Positions 19,902 through 27,986 of a stretch of DNA of 64,000 nt are shown here, piece after piece. Numbering within the stretch: position 1 is the stretch's first letter; each line of letters opens with the position of its first letter. Under the pieces are notes generated by a model. That model made no database searches and was not told where the DNA came from. It saw only the letters and a list, made by a program, of their open reading frames with translations. This DNA comes from a virus. Taxonomy: Duplodnaviria > Heunggongvirae > Uroviricota > Caudoviricetes. Position numbers and translations under genes: made by a program. The stretch lies in the IMG/VR virus record IMGVR_UViG_3300042868_003052, positions 10,492 through 74,491 of that record. One strand, written 5' to 3'.

Positions 19902-20344
19902 TGTGTAATACGATGAAAAGGTGGGATACATATTTCCTTAACGTTGCAAGGTTGACGGCCAGCTTATCGTATTGCAAGAAGCTTCAGGTAGGTGCTGTCG
20001 CTGTGATGAACAGACGTATCATCTGTACTGGTTACAACGGTACGCTACCTGGCTCTGACAATTGCTGCGAAGACATAATCATTGTTGATGGTGTTGAAAC
20101 ACTCAAGACAAGGGATACTGTTGAGCATGCTGAACGTAACCTCATAAGCTTTGCTGCCAGATCAGGTATTGCTTTGGAAAGAGCAACGCTGTATATTACT
20201 CATAGTCCTTGTATGCAATGCGCAAAGGCTATTGCAAACGCTGGGTTCGTACGAGTGGTGTATGCTGAGCCTTTCAAGGCTGATAATGGCATTGAACTTT
20301 TGAAAAGCTTAAGGATTGAAACATGTCAGTTAGAGATTTCCTAG
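19898..20344 (+). CDS. dCMP deaminase
   Basis: Zinc-binding motifs HAERN and PCMQCAK of cytidine/deoxycytidylate deaminases. Confidence 0.7.
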   Translation: MMCNTMKRWDTYFLNVARLTASLSYCKKLQVGAVAVMNRRIICTGYNGTLPGSDNCCEDIIIVDGVETLKTRDTVEHAERNLISFAARSGIALERATLYITHSPCMQCAKAIANAGFVRVVYAEPFKADNGIELLKSLRIETCQLEIS

Positions 20345-20610
20345 CAAATCTTGGGAAGGTTGAGAAGGTAGAGCACGAGAAGTTCTTGGACTTTAAGTGT
20401 GAACATGTGATGCCTGATGGCAGGTTTGCTACAATCTATAAAAAGAAAGTAGTGCACATGGTTCGTGCCGAAGATCCTTCTGGCCTCATAGTTGCCGTTA
20501 AAATGGTAGCTCAACTAGTTCGTATGGACGATAAGCCGCTGAATGTTGATGATGTCCTCTCTTTGGATGTCGATGACTTTCTTCTTTTGTTAAACTTAGT
20601 CAATAAATGA
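20323..20610 (+). CDS. hypothetical protein
   Basis: 95-aa ORF. Confidence 0.3.
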   Translation: MSVRDFLANLGKVEKVEHEKFLDFKCEHVMPDGRFATIYKKKVVHMVRAEDPSGLIVAVKMVAQLVRMDDKPLNVDDVLSLDVDDFLLLLNLVNK

Positions 20611-20654
20611 CACTGGGAGTGCCTTCGGGTGCTCCCTTTAAATTGGAGATTCAA

Positions 20655-20861
20655 ATGCTGATTAATATCGGTGACAGTATCATTAACATGGATAATGTTG
20701 CAGAAGTAACATTTAATGGTGTTAATGAGGACTTAGCAAGTATTTCTTTCTTTGGTGCTGACGGTATTCAACTAAATACCTTTCAAGGTGACAAAGCAAA
20801 GATAGGTGAATTCTGGAACGAACTTTCAGAGTCTTGTAATAAACATTTGGAGTTGCCGTGA
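20655..20861 (+). CDS. hypothetical protein
   Basis: Start chosen at internal ATG (MLINIGDS), downstream of a UUCG hairpin. Confidence 0.3.
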   Translation: MLINIGDSIINMDNVAEVTFNGVNEDLASISFFGADGIQLNTFQGDKAKIGEFWNELSESCNKHLELP

Positions 20862-21160
20862 ATCCACTACACCAACAAGCTATTGTGCCTGATAGCGCTA
20901 TGCTGCAATTGATGATTAGCGATAATCGTTGTACAGGTAAGAGTACCGCAATTGCACTGGAGACTATTGCTAATGCAATCAAGCAACCATTTACGCCAAT
21001 AACAATCAGAGACCACTTTCCATCTACACAAGCTGATGAGCATTTGGCCCACATGATTGAGCAGATTGTTAGGAGACTAGAGTTGAAGATGATGACTTTT
21101 AAGCGTACTTTCGTACGTGGTCAGAAAGTCTTCACCATTCAATTTGGAGATAAACAGTAA
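20858..21160 (+). CDS. hypothetical protein (weak P-loop-like CTGKST)
   Basis: 100-aa ORF. Confidence 0.3.
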   Translation: MNPLHQQAIVPDSAMLQLMISDNRCTGKSTAIALETIANAIKQPFTPITIRDHFPSTQADEHLAHMIEQIVRRLELKMMTFKRTFVRGQKVFTIQFGDKQ

Positions 21161-21355
21161 TGTTTTCAATCTTCACATGCACTCACCCTCTAAAGTATCT
21201 AGCGGTTCAGAAAGAGAGTTCTGAAGTCAAGCTTGACGAAGTTTTTCAAAAGTTACACACCATTTACGTTGTACAAAATGTTCTAAAGATGTTTCGATCA
21301 GCTTTGCAAAGCTCAATGGTGGCGTTACAGAATTTTTAAACAGAGGCTTGCATAA

Positions 21356-22249
21356 ATGACATTTAAACCGCTATTAGCCCCTGGTGAAGACCCGATGTCT
21401 TTTCCAGACTACTTCAAGAAGATTCAGTACCCTCTATTGTGTTCACCGAAATACGATGGTATTCGAAACGTTGTGAAGCATGGACGTTGTCTATCTCGAA
21501 GTGGTAAGATGTTGCCCTCGTTCCAAGTCCAAGAAGAATTCAGCCACCTAGCTGATCTCGACGGTGAATTGATTGAAGGTAATCCTACTGATTTTGATGT
21601 CTACAACAGAACTCAAAGTCATGTGATGTCTGAAGACAAGCCTGGCGATCTCAAGTTCTTTGTGTTCGATAACACAGCTGAGCATATGCTTAATAAGCCG
21701 TTCTATGAGCGCTTTGAAAGTATTCTTATACCTGCAAATGCTACTAACATTGAAATTGTTATGCATGAGCTTGTTGAGAACTACGATGAACTGCTGGCAT
21801 TCGAAAACAGATGTCTTGAAGAGGGCTTTGAAGGCATCATGATGCGAAGCCCTGTAGGTCACTACAAGCAAGGTCGTGGGACATTCAGAGAAGGTATCAT
21901 CTACAAGCTTAAACGCTTTAGTGACGCTGAAGGTGTAATTGTAGACATCGTCGAACAGATGACTAATACAAATGCACTTGAATCTGATGAACTCGGTTAT
22001 GCCAAACGCTCTCAAGCAAAAGAAGGCCTAGTACCTGCTGGGACTACTGGTAGGTTTATTGTGGATTTCAACGGGATGCTTCTTGATATCGCGCCTGGTA
22101 ACTTCAACCATGATGCAAGAAAGCTTATCTGGAAGACAAAAGAGTCTCAGATAGGTAAATTGCTCAAATTCAGGTATTTTGCACATGGAGTCAAAGACAA
22201 GCCAAGATTCCCAAGAGCTATCGGCTTCAGGGACATCTCAGATACCTAA
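21356..22249 (+). CDS. ATP-dependent DNA ligase
   Basis: Adenylation motif I KYDGIR (KxDGxR). Size and context fit a T7 gp1.3-like ligase. Confidence 0.75.
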   Translation: MTFKPLLAPGEDPMSFPDYFKKIQYPLLCSPKYDGIRNVVKHGRCLSRSGKMLPSFQVQEEFSHLADLDGELIEGNPTDFDVYNRTQSHVMSEDKPGDLKFFVFDNTAEHMLNKPFYERFESILIPANATNIEIVMHELVENYDELLAFENRCLEEGFEGIMMRSPVGHYKQGRGTFREGIIYKLKRFSDAEGVIVDIVEQMTNTNALESDELGYAKRSQAKEGLVPAGTTGRFIVDFNGMLLDIAPGNFNHDARKLIWKTKESQIGKLLKFRYFAHGVKDKPRFPRAIGFRDISDT

Positions 22250-22403
22250 GTATTGTCCTGACTGTAACGGTACTGGCGCTGATGAGAAAGCTACGAAGGC
22301 TTATCGTAAAAGAGAACCTTCAAGTAGCGGACATATCAGATGCTGGAATTGTCTCGGTAACGGATTAAACCCAGCCTATTTCTTTAGATGGAGCACTAAA
22401 TGA
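22179..22403 (+). CDS. hypothetical Zn-finger protein
   Basis: CPDCNGTG ... CWNC. Overlaps the ligase 3' end in another frame, so uncertain. Confidence 0.25.
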   Translation: MHMESKTSQDSQELSASGTSQIPKYCPDCNGTGADEKATKAYRKREPSSSGHIRCWNCLGNGLNPAYFFRWSTK

Positions 22404-22636
22404 GTAACCAACCTAAACTGGTTGGAGGCCCACATGATGGAAAGTTAGTTGACTCAGGAAGACGAATCAATAACAGATTCTGGCCACCTGTCCTCTACTT
22501 TCCACACCCTCTAACTCTCGAAGAGCCACAAGCCCTAGATATTGACGGTACTGTTCGCTGGAAAGATCCAGAGGATGTGTATGAGCGCAAAGACGGTGAC
22601 TATGTGTTCAGAGAAACAATTCACTACAAACCATGA
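22400..22636 (+). CDS. hypothetical protein
   Basis: 78-aa ORF, ATGA-coupled. Confidence 0.3.
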   Translation: MSNQPKLVGGPHDGKLVDSGRRINNRFWPPVLYFPHPLTLEEPQALDIDGTVRWKDPEDVYERKDGDYVFRETIHYKP

Positions 22637-22800
22637 CAACTGACCTAACAACAGATGCGCTAGAAGCTCTTAAGAATGAATTGACGGCAAAGATTGAGTC
22701 GAATGATGGGCGTCTTACTGTTGAAAGCAGTCATGACCTCGACTACTGGCTTGATCAAAGAGAAGAAGTTGAAGCCGAACTAGCTAAACGCCAATTATGA
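22633..22800 (+). CDS. small acidic protein, paralog 1 (55 aa)
   Basis: MTTDLTTDALEALKNEL.. Similar N-terminus to the next ORF. ATGA-coupled. Under 60 aa, so not in the track. Confidence 0.3.
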   Translation: MTTDLTTDALEALKNELTAKIESNDGRLTVESSHDLDYWLDQREEVEAELAKRQL

Positions 22801-22976
22801 CAACTACCATAACAACAGACGACTTACAAGAGCTACTTGACCAAGAGGGTACAGGCCCGAGTGAGCTTATTTCTGATGAACACGACACGTTTGTGGAGCT
22901 TATTGAAACAGGCTCTGCAGCTATTACCGTAAACGGTACCGAACTTCTTTTAACTATTAACATCCAAAAGGTCTGA
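22797..22976 (+). CDS. small acidic protein, paralog 2 (59 aa)
   Basis: MTTTITTDDLQELLDQE.. Net charge strongly negative. Confidence 0.3.
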   Translation: MTTTITTDDLQELLDQEGTGPSELISDEHDTFVELIETGSAAITVNGTELLLTINIQKV

Positions 22977-22977
22977 T

Positions 22978-23955
22978 ATGATTAACACAGGTATGAAAGC
23001 TTCCACAATCAAGTTGGCTTTGAAGCGCAAGCTTGATGATTGGGTCTCAAGCATCGTTGATGAGTCTGTTAAGAAGCTTGTAAAAGCTAACACAATTGTT
23101 TCTGGTGGAGCTATTGCTTCCATGCTGTCTGGTGAAAAGGTTAATGACTATGATTTGTACTTCAAAGATAAAGCCACAGCGTTGGCTGTTGCTGGCTACT
23201 ATGTCGATCTGTTTAACGCTACTAATGGTAAGCTGTCAACCACAGCAATGTCCAGCGCCAACCCTTGTGTCAAAGTAGAACCACGAACTGATATCAAAGG
23301 TAAGACAGAAGACCGTGTAATTATTTACATGAAATCTGCTGGTGTTGCAGCTGAAGGTCAGACGACATATGAGTACTTTGAAAGTCTCGATGAGACAAGT
23401 GCAGATGCGTTCATGGATTCTTTGAATGCAGACCCTGTCCAAACAGCTGAAGAGTTAGTTACGATTGTCAAAGACAAGAAAACACCATACCGCCCTGTGT
23501 TCTTCTCAGAGAATGCAATCACGCTGTCCGATAAGGTTCAGTTGGTTGTGCGATTCTTTGGTCAACCTAGCGAGATTCATGAGAACTATGACTATGCGCA
23601 CGCAATGTGCTACTACGATTATGGTTCTGGCAAATTGGTGTTGCACCCTGAAGCATTGGAGGCCATTCTTTCAAAGACACTTATCTACAAAGGTAGTCTC
23701 TACCCGATTGCTTCTGTGTTCCGTGTCCGTAAGTTCATTCAACGTGGTTGGAGGATTACAGCTGGTCAACTGCTGAAGATCATTTGGCAGATTAACGAGA
23801 TTGACTTGAAAGACCCTAAAGTGTTGCGAGAACAGCTCCTTGGTGTTGATCAAGCCTATATGCATCAATTACTACGTGCTCTTGAAACAAAAGAGAGCAA
23901 TCAAAAAATTGATGCCACTTACATTGCAAAACTTGTTGATGAGATTTTCGAATGA
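22978..23955 (+). CDS. hypothetical protein (325 aa)
   Basis: Long ORF with good coding context. No motif I can name confidently. Confidence 0.4.
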   Translation: MINTGMKASTIKLALKRKLDDWVSSIVDESVKKLVKANTIVSGGAIASMLSGEKVNDYDLYFKDKATALAVAGYYVDLFNATNGKLSTTAMSSANPCVKVEPRTDIKGKTEDRVIIYMKSAGVAAEGQTTYEYFESLDETSADAFMDSLNADPVQTAEELVTIVKDKKTPYRPVFFSENAITLSDKVQLVVRFFGQPSEIHENYDYAHAMCYYDYGSGKLVLHPEALEAILSKTLIYKGSLYPIASVFRVRKFIQRGWRITAGQLLKIIWQINEIDLKDPKVLREQLLGVDQAYMHQLLRALETKESNQKIDATYIAKLVDEIFE

Positions 23956-24140
23956 AAACTGGAACCCGACATCAAACCAATTGTGGTCTGCCTGTTACCG
24001 TAATTGGTGGCACTTCAGACCCTGTGTATCCTGTGCTTGTGATTGATGAGACTGGCAAACTGCATAAATACACCGAAGACGGTAAGTATGTGGCTAATGG
24101 TACTCACAAGATGGATATCAAGGCTGAACATGCAAAATAA
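23952..24140 (+). CDS. hypothetical protein
   Basis: 62-aa ORF, ATGA-coupled. Confidence 0.3.
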   Translation: MKTGTRHQTNCGLPVTVIGGTSDPVYPVLVIDETGKLHKYTEDGKYVANGTHKMDIKAEHAK

Positions 24141-24981
24141 ACCATTAGTCATTTATCACAAAGATTGTGCAGATGGTATTGCAGCTGCATGGTGCTTCTG
24201 GAACATGTATGGTGACACATACGACTATCATGCTGGTGTCTATAACGAACCACCGCCTGATGTGTTTGACCGTGATGTGTATCTCGTAGACTTCTCTTAT
24301 AGCCGTGAGGTTGTTGAGGGTATTCTGCAATACGCAAACAAAGTAGTCTTGCTTGATCATCATAAATCAGCTCTAGACGCTTTGTGGGATTTGGGTGTGA
24401 AAGATAACTTCGATACATCATTCGCTACTATGAACAGTAGTGGTGCAATGATTGCTTGGAATTATCTGCAAGCGAAACACAAGCGAAACGACAAAGTTCC
24501 GTATGTGCTTCAACACATTCAAGATCGAGACCTCTGGAAGTTTGAAATGAAAGATACACGCCTAGTTATGATGGCTGTATTCTCTTACGAAATGACTTTC
24601 GAGGTCTATTCAAAGCTTATGTCTTTGAATAAGAGTGGCATCAAAGCTCTCGTCAAAGAGGGTATTGTGCTAGAGCGTAAATACAAGATGGATTTGTACA
24701 AGGCGATTGAGCACTCTAAGCGCTTTATCACAATTGGCAGTCATCTCGTACCTTGCGCTAATGTGGGCGGTATCTACTCTAGTGATGCAGGTAATACCAT
24801 GTCTATTGGTCAGCGATTCGCAGCAACTTACTACGATAGTGACAAACATCGTGTATTTAGCTTGCGATCTGCTACTGATGGTCTTGATGTGTCTGAAATT
24901 GCTAAAGAGTTTGGCGGTGGAGGACATGTCCATGCCGCTGGATTCAAAGTACCACGTAGCCATGAACTCGCTAAAGTGTAA
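24130..24981 (+). CDS. DHH/DHHA1-family phosphoesterase (NrnA-like)
   Basis: DHH motif VVLLDHHKS and DHHA1 motif GGGGHVHAAGF. Start chosen at internal ATG (MQNKPLVIYHKD). Confidence 0.6.
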   Translation: MQNKPLVIYHKDCADGIAAAWCFWNMYGDTYDYHAGVYNEPPPDVFDRDVYLVDFSYSREVVEGILQYANKVVLLDHHKSALDALWDLGVKDNFDTSFATMNSSGAMIAWNYLQAKHKRNDKVPYVLQHIQDRDLWKFEMKDTRLVMMAVFSYEMTFEVYSKLMSLNKSGIKALVKEGIVLERKYKMDLYKAIEHSKRFITIGSHLVPCANVGGIYSSDAGNTMSIGQRFAATYYDSDKHRVFSLRSATDGLDVSEIAKEFGGGGHVHAAGFKVPRSHELAKV

Positions 24982-25135
24982 TAAACAAACACTTTAAACG
25001 CGCGTTTCTAGCCACTCCGTCTCGCGCCATTAGCTGCCCCTCAGCTGGTTTCAAGTGTCGCGTAGCGGCCAAACCTGCTAGGTAGGCGAGACCCGCTGTA
25101 GGTCAGCCCGTTGGCGTTCAGTGAATTTTCGGGGC

Positions 25136-25155
25136 CAACCCGTTAAATTAACCCT
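25136..25155 (+). promoter_or_regulatory. phage-specific promoter-like element, copy 3 (AACCCGTTAAATTAACCCT)
   Basis: Conserved element. Followed 45 nt later by an early-promoter-like motif. Both precede gene 25266. Confidence 0.55.
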
Positions 25156-25186
25156 GATTCTTCATTGATAGAGGCACGCAAATCGC

Positions 25187-25216
25187 TTGCGGAAAAAGCG
25201 GTATCTTATATGATAA
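25187..25216 (+). promoter_or_regulatory. early-promoter-like motif copy 3 (TTGCGG..GTATCTTATATGATAA)
   Basis: See 5008 and 5724. Confidence 0.4.
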
Positions 25217-25265
25217 TCAATAATGGTTATCGTATTCATGTAAATCAACTGATTAGGAAATCAAA

Positions 25266-25820
25266 ATGACCGAACTTCGTCAAGTATTCACCACTCCCGA
25301 TGGCAAACAATTCGACACCAAAGCCGAAGCTATGGATTATCTGCGCAAGCCGAAAATCAAAGCTGCTATGTTGGCCGTTACTGGCAACAATGCTGAACTG
25401 GCTACATGGCTTGTCGATCACCAAGAAATGGTTGAGGTGGCATTCGAAACCGGCACTATCCGTCGTGTGACCAAGGTTGAGCATAACAAGCTGGTCAAGG
25501 CTGTTGAAGCTCTGAAAGAAATCCAAGGCAATCCGAAGATCGCGTTCCTGCAAGAAAATGCAGCCGCAATTGTGGACTCCTTCCGCTGGCCTTCGGTCAA
25601 GCGTATGGATGACGCTGAGAAGGCTACCGTTGCCAAGAACACCTTGGTTGGCGCTTCTGAAGGCAACGAAGAGTTGGCCGATTGGGTTCTGGCAAACAAA
25701 GATGCTGTGTTGGCTGCTTACGGCGCTGGCATTGAGAAGCGTCAAGTGAACCCCAAGGCTGCTGAAGCTCTGGCTGCTTACCGCGCCAAGAAAGCTGCTG
25801 AGAAAGCTGCTCAAGCTTAA
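25266..25820 (+). CDS. highly expressed small protein with internal duplication (function unknown)
   Basis: Strong RBS aggaaatcaaaATG, dual upstream promoter-like elements and tandem downstream terminators. Codon usage is G/C3-rich relative to neighbours. Repeats NAELATWLVDHQEMVEVAF / NEELADWVLANKDAVLAAY. The 189-aa minus-strand shadow ORF is rejected. Confidence 0.55.
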   Translation: MTELRQVFTTPDGKQFDTKAEAMDYLRKPKIKAAMLAVTGNNAELATWLVDHQEMVEVAFETGTIRRVTKVEHNKLVKAVEALKEIQGNPKIAFLQENAAAIVDSFRWPSVKRMDDAEKATVAKNTLVGASEGNEELADWVLANKDAVLAAYGAGIEKRQVNPKAAEALAAYRAKKAAEKAAQA

Positions 25821-25838
25821 TCAGTAAATTGTGTGAGG

Positions 25839-25874
25839 CAAGGAGACATTACTAGTAATAGGTGTATCTCCTTG
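25839..25874 (+). other. RNA stem-loop (caaggagaca ... tgtatctccttg)
   Basis: Inverted repeat about 10 bp, directly after the gene 25266 stop. Confidence 0.35.
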
Positions 25875-25906
25875 TCAGACTACAATTGAAAGGTCGCCAT
25901 CTACCT

Positions 25907-25973
25907 TAAAGATGGCATCCCCTAAGTATTCTCGCAAGAGAGTATTTAGGGGATAAAAATCGTTCGCTTTTAT
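25907..25973 (+). terminator. intrinsic terminator: 15-bp stem with GCAA tetraloop plus T-tract
   Basis: atcccctaagtattctc-gcaa-gagagtatttaggggat, then aaaaatcgttcgcttttatttttagtttt. Confidence 0.55.
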
Positions 25974-26030
25974 TTTTAGTTTTATCGGCTCACTCTCTGC
26001 CGTTCTAGAGAGCAATCAAAAGGAAATCAA

Positions 26031-26288
26031 ATGGAGTTACTTCGCTTCACAGCACCTTGGTGCGAACCTTGTAAAGCACTTGCAGCAAACCTTGCTACAG
26101 CTGATACAGGTTTGAAGACCACTGTCATCGACATTGAGACTGACCCTGTTAAAGGCGCTTCTCACAAAATTCGAGGCGTACCTACACTGATCTTGATGAA
26201 GGACGGTGTCGAGATGTCTCGTAAAGTCGGTGCAATGACTGTGAGTCAAATCAAAGAGTGGGTAGATGGTTATAATCGTCCCGTTTAA
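26031..26288 (+). CDS. thioredoxin (CEPC active site)
   Basis: FTAPWCEPCKAL thioredoxin-fold motif, 85 aa. RBS aaggaaatcaaATG. Confidence 0.7.
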   Translation: MELLRFTAPWCEPCKALAANLATADTGLKTTVIDIETDPVKGASHKIRGVPTLILMKDGVEMSRKVGAMTVSQIKEWVDGYNRPV

Positions 26289-26454
26289 GCGTCCACCTGC
26301 TAAAGAAGCATGTTGTTCATTTTGTGGAAAGCCTGAGTCTAAGGTCAAGAAATTGATTTCGAGTTCAACAGGTCACTATATTTGTGACACATGCATTCGA
26401 CATGCAAAGGAACGTTCAGATGAAACGCAAGTCGTACCCACTGAGACCAACTGA
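26266..26454 (+). CDS. ClpX-type C4 zinc-finger (ZBD) only protein
   Basis: CCSFCGKPESKVKKLISSSTGHYICDTCI matches ClpX N-domain CSFCGK..LI...YICDEC. Confidence 0.5.
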   Translation: MVIIVPFKRPPAKEACCSFCGKPESKVKKLISSSTGHYICDTCIRHAKERSDETQVVPTETN

Positions 26455-26629
26455 AACTTACGATGTGAAGTTCAGTTATCAAGACCCTGAAACTAAATTC
26501 TGGAAACGTGATTCTCAGATTGTTGCTATGTTCTCTAAAGGAAAGCATAAACAAGCTGAAGCAGTTGTGTTAAAAGAATATAGAAAGAAGGGTATTCCAA
26601 TTCAAATTATTTCGGTAACATACCAATGA
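26420..26629 (+). CDS. hypothetical protein
   Basis: Internal ATG (MKRKSYPL) chosen to avoid overlap. Weak. Confidence 0.25.
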   Translation: MKRKSYPLRPTETYDVKFSYQDPETKFWKRDSQIVAMFSKGKHKQAEAVVLKEYRKKGIPIQIISVTYQ

Positions 26630-27099
26630 ATAACAAGCTCTCCCTTGGCACTCTGCTTCGCCGGAAACTCAATCTCCCACATGGGTTCTTTGAGATTCCA
26701 GGCTATTCAGACTATTACTTCAGTCCTGCAGAGAATCGTGTGTTTAGTTTTAGAGCAAACCCAGAAGGTAAGCTTCTTGAGACTCAACATTATCAGCGCA
26801 ATCGTCAATTGCACCCTGGCGTAAAGCTTTTCAATGATCTTCAATCAATGGAAATGACCTACGACGATATTCGTGAAATCCTCAACTCAAAGAAAGACTC
26901 TCAAATGTACATTGTTGGCTCTATTTTGAAACGTAATGGCGCTTGGTCTGTCTCGGCACAACCGCACCAGCATGCGACAAAAGATCTTGCTGTGACTGAA
27001 GCTAAACGCTTGGCTAACCTTGAACCTACAAAGAAATTTGTTGTGCTCAAAGTTGAGGGCCATGCTGAGACCCAAGCTACTGTCTGGGTTGACGCTTAA
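26626..27099 (+). CDS. hypothetical protein with NUMOD4-like N-terminal motif
   Basis: IPGYSDYYFSPAENRVFSF resembles the NUMOD4 motif of homing endonucleases. No clear nuclease motif follows. Confidence 0.3.
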   Translation: MNNKLSLGTLLRRKLNLPHGFFEIPGYSDYYFSPAENRVFSFRANPEGKLLETQHYQRNRQLHPGVKLFNDLQSMEMTYDDIREILNSKKDSQMYIVGSILKRNGAWSVSAQPHQHATKDLAVTEAKRLANLEPTKKFVVLKVEGHAETQATVWVDA

Positions 27100-27287
27100 T
27101 GAACTCAAGGCGTTACAAAGTAACTGGTGAGAAAGACGGTGTACCTTGTGGTGCACTGTACAAATCATTAGCATCGGCAAAGAAGTTTGCTGATACACTT
27201 ACTAACTCAGAAGTGTACGACAGCTTCAGTGGAAAGTATCTGTATGGTACTTCCAAATTCATCAAAAATCTTTTAAAAGCAAAATAA
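27099..27287 (+). CDS. hypothetical protein
   Basis: 62-aa ORF. Confidence 0.25.
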   Translation: MNSRRYKVTGEKDGVPCGALYKSLASAKKFADTLTNSEVYDSFSGKYLYGTSKFIKNLLKAK

Positions 27288-27706
27288 TGAACAATATCAT
27301 TACCAAGAACGGTGTCCGTTACCTGATCTGTGAACCAGCATCTTTTCTTCGTGAGCGCTATCCAGTGTTCAATGGTACACTTGCAAACGGGCGCGCCTTT
27401 GCTGTGAATCTTGACACAAACAAGCTTGTCACGATCGTCGCAGAAGATGCCAAGACGAATGTATTGACTTACTCTCTTGTTGTCAATTATGTTAGTGGTA
27501 AACGCGCCACTAAGATTCTTGCAAAAGATTGGGATGTAGCTCGTGTTCAAATTGACGACTACCTGGGTGATGACACTGTGAAGAGTGCTGGGTTCACTAT
27601 CTCTGATGCCTCACGCGAAGCTGTGTATATTACTACACTTGAGCGTTGCAAGAATACGGCTGAGTTTTATCGTCAAGTGCGATACGCTTACGCGAATATT
27701 CGCTGA
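27287..27706 (+). CDS. hypothetical protein
   Basis: 139-aa ORF. Confidence 0.35.
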   Translation: MNNIITKNGVRYLICEPASFLRERYPVFNGTLANGRAFAVNLDTNKLVTIVAEDAKTNVLTYSLVVNYVSGKRATKILAKDWDVARVQIDDYLGDDTVKSAGFTISDASREAVYITTLERCKNTAEFYRQVRYAYANIR

Positions 27707-27752
27707 TGAGATTCCTCGACACAAACCACCCGACTAGTGTCGAGGAGCCATT

Positions 27753-27986
27753 ATGTACACAACGAACAAAGATCTGAATAAGTTTGTAAAAGAGCTTATA
27801 AAGATTGGCTGGACACCTGAAAGAAAAGGTAAAGGCCATTGGCAGATAAGGTCTCCAGGTGGTACTGTGCATACTATTGCATCATCTCCTGGGGACTTTA
27901 GAACAATAATCAAATTCAAAAGCGACATTCGCAGAACTCAGAGATCAGAAAATGAAAGTAAAAGACTTAATTCAACTGTTGAATAA
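27753..27986 (+). CDS. HicA/YcfA-like (dsRBD-fold mRNA-interferase family) protein
   Basis: VKELIKIGWTPERKGKGHWQIRSPGGTVHTIASSPGDFRTIIKFKSDI fits the HicA_toxin consensus including G[SK]H. Confidence 0.45.
   Translation: MYTTNKDLNKFVKELIKIGWTPERKGKGHWQIRSPGGTVHTIASSPGDFRTIIKFKSDIRRTQRSENESKRLNSTVE

Noticed and set aside
21160-21339. 59-aa ORF in the 196-bp spacer before the ligase gene
   Set aside because: Weak coding signal and no RBS. The spacer more likely holds regulatory sequence. Left unannotated.
24985-25135. Possible tRNA or small RNA gene in the GC-rich spacer
   Set aside because: No cloverleaf: there is no GTTCRA T-loop with a 5-bp T-stem and no acceptor pairing. Kept only as a structured leader within the finding on gene 25266.
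25245-25814. 189-aa minus-strand ORF antisense to the abundant gene 25266-25820
   Set aside because: The + strand version has an optimal RBS, dual promoter-like elements upstream and terminators downstream. The minus ORF has none of these and a low-complexity Ser/Leu-rich translation.
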